NCBI RefSeq assembly: GCF_964194025.1
Contig: NC_134468.1
Span: forward strand, 3,224,001-3,288,000
Direction of reading: 5' to 3'
From: Convolutriloba macropyga
Taxonomy: Eukaryota
Length of the DNA: 64,000 bases
A model generated the notes under the pieces. The model saw only the letters and a list, made by a program, of their open reading frames with translations. It was not told where the DNA came from and ran no database searches. Both the position numbers and the translations under genes were made by a program. This document shows positions 60,770-64,000 of the stretch, in pieces. Positions within the stretch are counted from its first letter, which is position 1; each line of letters opens with the position of its first letter.

Positions 60770-62639
60770 ATGCGCCTGTATTACAGGTATGTATTGGCTA
60801 CTCTCATGGTGACCTGGATGATATTCCTCTATGTCTACTTCTTCCCTGGCAACCTTACATCCAACAAGACCTCGGATTCCGATGTTCAAAGTTTCAATTG
60901 GCGTGACGTGTTTTCAGCTACCCAAGCTAACAGAACATGCCTCACATCGAAAGAAGAAGAGGTACAGCTGGGCGATAGTAGCCATTTGAGAAACCTGAAT
61001 GCTCTTAAACTGCTGGTAAGAGAGAAGTCAGACGAACTCCTGTTAGCTAAAGATCCGAAAGATAAGAACGGTGTCGCGCTCAATTTGCTGAGCGTGATTG
61101 CGGATTTTGTAGCAGTTGATGGAGGCAATTCATATCCTGTGCGTAACATTGGCAGGTCACCTGAAATTGAGGAGGGACAGAGAAAAGCGCAGAGCAAATT
61201 GTGGAGTCTGCAGTACCCGAGTGATTGCAAAAGTGTGAAGAAAGTGAACTGCAATGTGTTTAAGAATTGTGGTGTGGGATGTCAGTTGCATCACTTGATC
61301 TATTGCCTGTCTGTAAGGTGAGTAGCGTTGGCACAATTTTATTGTAAGGGGTCTTATAGGATTTAGAGGCGTTAATAAGATGCTTGACTGTCAAATCAGA
61401 TCACCTCATTTTCCTGATCTTTTGCATATTTTTAGTTGGAGACAATTTTTTGTTGGTTTGAGACGAATTGAATTATGAATTAGTTTAACTTTCTCCTGGA
61501 CTTGCCGAACAACACTAGAGTTGCTGTATAAAATCAGCATTTGTCAGAACCTCTTGTAAATAATTTTGAAGACTATTGTTTTTCTTCCTTCGATTTCGGA
61601 ATGAATTGTTTTCAGCTTTGCCTTAAATAGAACCCTTGTGATTGAGTACAACCAAGTCGAACAAGACATTCTCGTAAAATGGGAAGATTTCTTTCTGCCG
61701 TTCTCAAGTTGCACTATCCACGATTACAAGGGGAACCCTATCCCATGGTCATCTGAGTCCATCAACTCTTCAGCAAACGTTCTGGACTTGCCAATGGTCG
61801 AGACATTGGATCCCAGACCAGAATTCCTGCCTCTAGCGATTCCGGCGTCAATTTTACAAGTTATTAAATGTTGCCATAGCAAACCAGATGTATGGTGGAT
61901 CGGGCAGCTTGCTTCCTTCATAATGCGTCCGAACTATCGGTTACAAAAGCTAATCAAAAGATCCGAGTTCAATCTTGGCTTGCCAAAAAACCAGTATCTT
62001 GGATGCCATATCCGACGAACAGACAAAGTTGGTTCCGAAGCTAAATTCCATCACGTCTATGAGTACTATACAGCTTTGCGTGATTCCTATCAAATGCTTA
62101 AGCACAGCAAATCATTTCGAAATCTTACAAATGTTGTTTACCTCGCTACAGACGACGCCGAGGCTGTTGAAGAATTTAAATCCGATTTTAAGTTTTTCAA
62201 AATAAAAGCTGATTTGGACAGCGTTGAATCTGCAGCGGTCATGGAGCGAAAAGCCAAACGGTCAATCGCAAAAGCGATAGTCGATATCTTTATTTTATCT
62301 AAATCTCAATTTATCGTTTGCACATTTTCATCACAGTTTTGTAGAATAGCGTACGAGTTAATGCAAAGTCACGAAGCCATGGACATGTCTTGGAGGGCTG
62401 AATCTTTGGACGATATGTACTATTTTGGAGGGCAGAATGAACGTTTTTGGGAGGCAATTGCAAATCATACGTCTCACGGCGTGAATGAAATGGCGCTGAG
62501 GGTGGGAGACCCAATTCGATTGTCGGGTGACTTGAGAAATGGCTATTTCGTTGGCATAAATCAAAGAACGCAAAGAGAGGCAATGTTTCCAGCGTACAAA
62601 GTGCGCGATAAGGTCACTTCATACAAAGATACTGCTTAG
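60770..62639 (+). CDS. FUT8: Alpha-(1,6)-fucosyltransferase (GT23), 2 coding exons, ~523 aa
   Basis: Exons 60770-61317 and 61616-62639 (phase-2 GT-AG intron). N-terminal TM; LQYPSDC, CGVGCQLHH, HIRRTDKVGSEA, VYLATDD, VCTFSSQFCRIAYELMQ, SLDDMYYFGGQ; C-terminal SH3-like domain. Confidence 0.96.
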
Positions 62640-63519
62640 GTAATCGAAGAGACATTCCAAAGACTTTTTACTTTTTGCAATTTTTGTGCAATAGATTTTT
62701 TAATAGATAGAAATTGTATTTGTCTTGTATTTATCATTTGAAGTTTATTTAAACTTAATCGACCTAGTTTTAGATGCAAAACCGATGATTTCTTAGTAAT
62801 TAAAGTGATAACTTGACTTCAGTTTTTCCTCATATATTTTATAAGATGCTAGCCGAAGTTTTTTTTGCAACAAACCAGTTTTATCAAAATAAGTTTGATC
62901 TTTTATGGGTAAGGTGAAATTATTGTTTTACATTTTGTGCCACAATAAAGGTTATGGAAAAAGAATCTGAATTTGCAGTACACAGCCTGGTCGTGATTGA
63001 ATCATACTGCAGATGTCGTTACGATGCAAAGTTAAATGAAATTGATTTGCATTGGAGCTTCAATAATAGATTTTCCAGTAACTCATCTATGCGGTTTTAC
63101 TCTTTAGGTTTTCGGTATTTATCAACAATCGTTAAAAAAAATTTCAAGTAAGTTTTTAAAGTTCAATATTTTCCGCTGTAATCTGTAGATTTGCTATATC
63201 ATATCTGAGAAATCAATCCACTTTTTGAATATTCCACTTGCAAATTTCCAGGAAAATTTTTACCACACTTCTCTGAAAATTGGTTTCATTGCTCAAAGTT
63301 TCTCAACAATCAATTCTGAATTTCTCAATTTCTGAACAAACAATTTTTGCACTAATTCTGTAAATTGGTGTTCATTCACTTTATATGTGGGTTAATACCA
63401 ATTTAAAAAAAATCTGTTAAAAATATTTAATTCATAAACTGAATCTTCTTCCTGCGCAAACTTTTTATGAGTTTTCAAGAAGTACTCGGGCAAAGTTTTT
63501 TTTGATCGTATCCTATTCT

Positions 63520-64000
63520 GCCAACTTCAAACTACCACTCTTGGACTTGCCTAAAGAGAGAGACTTGTTTACCAGTCTCGTCCCTTCACCAACACTGGCG
63601 TTGACTACTTTGGGCAGTTTTTTGTTATGTCCGCCTTACTACTGAAAAAAGGTTGGAATTCCTCTTCACTTGTCCCAGTACTTGCGCTGTCCATGTCGAG
63701 ATAGTTACATCCATGGACACCAGTTCTTGTGTGATCGAAGTTGAACGGTTTGTGTCACGTAGGGGTACACCTGCCATGATTTGGTCTGACAATGGCAGCA
63801 ACTTGGGGTGGAGAAAGAGCTCCGTGGAACACCAGCTTCATTGTATCTGATCTTGCTCCCAAATGTATAAAGTGGAGATTCACCCCCCCCCCCCAGCGCG
63901 CTACAGGGTGTTATCTGGGAGAGGTTGGTACGCAGTATCAAACGCGGGTTGGTTACTATTGTTGGGACGCGTCGACTCACGGATGAGTACCTTTTGTATC
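63520..64000 (+). mobile_element. Degraded BEL/Pao LTR retrotransposon integrase fragment
   Basis: LPKERL...PFTNTGVDYFG...FLFTCPSTCAVHVEIVTSMDTSSC...RFVSRRGTPAMIWSDNGSN. Confidence 0.85.

Overview
Animal genomic DNA: AT-rich, spliceosomal GT-AG introns, five N-gaps. It is probably a marine invertebrate, but that is inference. About 48 kb on the left is nested mobile DNA: degraded CR1/L2 LINEs; a head-to-tail cluster of RTE-type LINEs whose RT carries a ~190-aa insert with a KOW-like motif and two zinc fingers; two Gypsy remnants (one apparently with env, an extra J-domain ORF and a 3' LTR); a probable Polinton/Maverick remnant; and two recent tandem duplications (2.8 kb and 5.1 kb). The right part holds two intact host genes, GTPBP2 (7 coding exons) and FUT8 (2 coding exons), and ends in a BEL/Pao integrase fragment. 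The most interesting system is a CRE-clade (restriction-like endonuclease) non-LTR retrotransposon at 36166-40656, minus strand. It sits, with an exact 14-bp target-site duplication, inside a 32-nt motif that looks like a spliced-leader (SL) exon. It carries two further, different copies of that motif at its own 5' end, and encodes an SGNH-esterase ORF1 and a PHD finger, which is atypical for this clade. The SL identity is inferred and needs transcript data. All family assignments come from motif recognition by eye; no searches were run.
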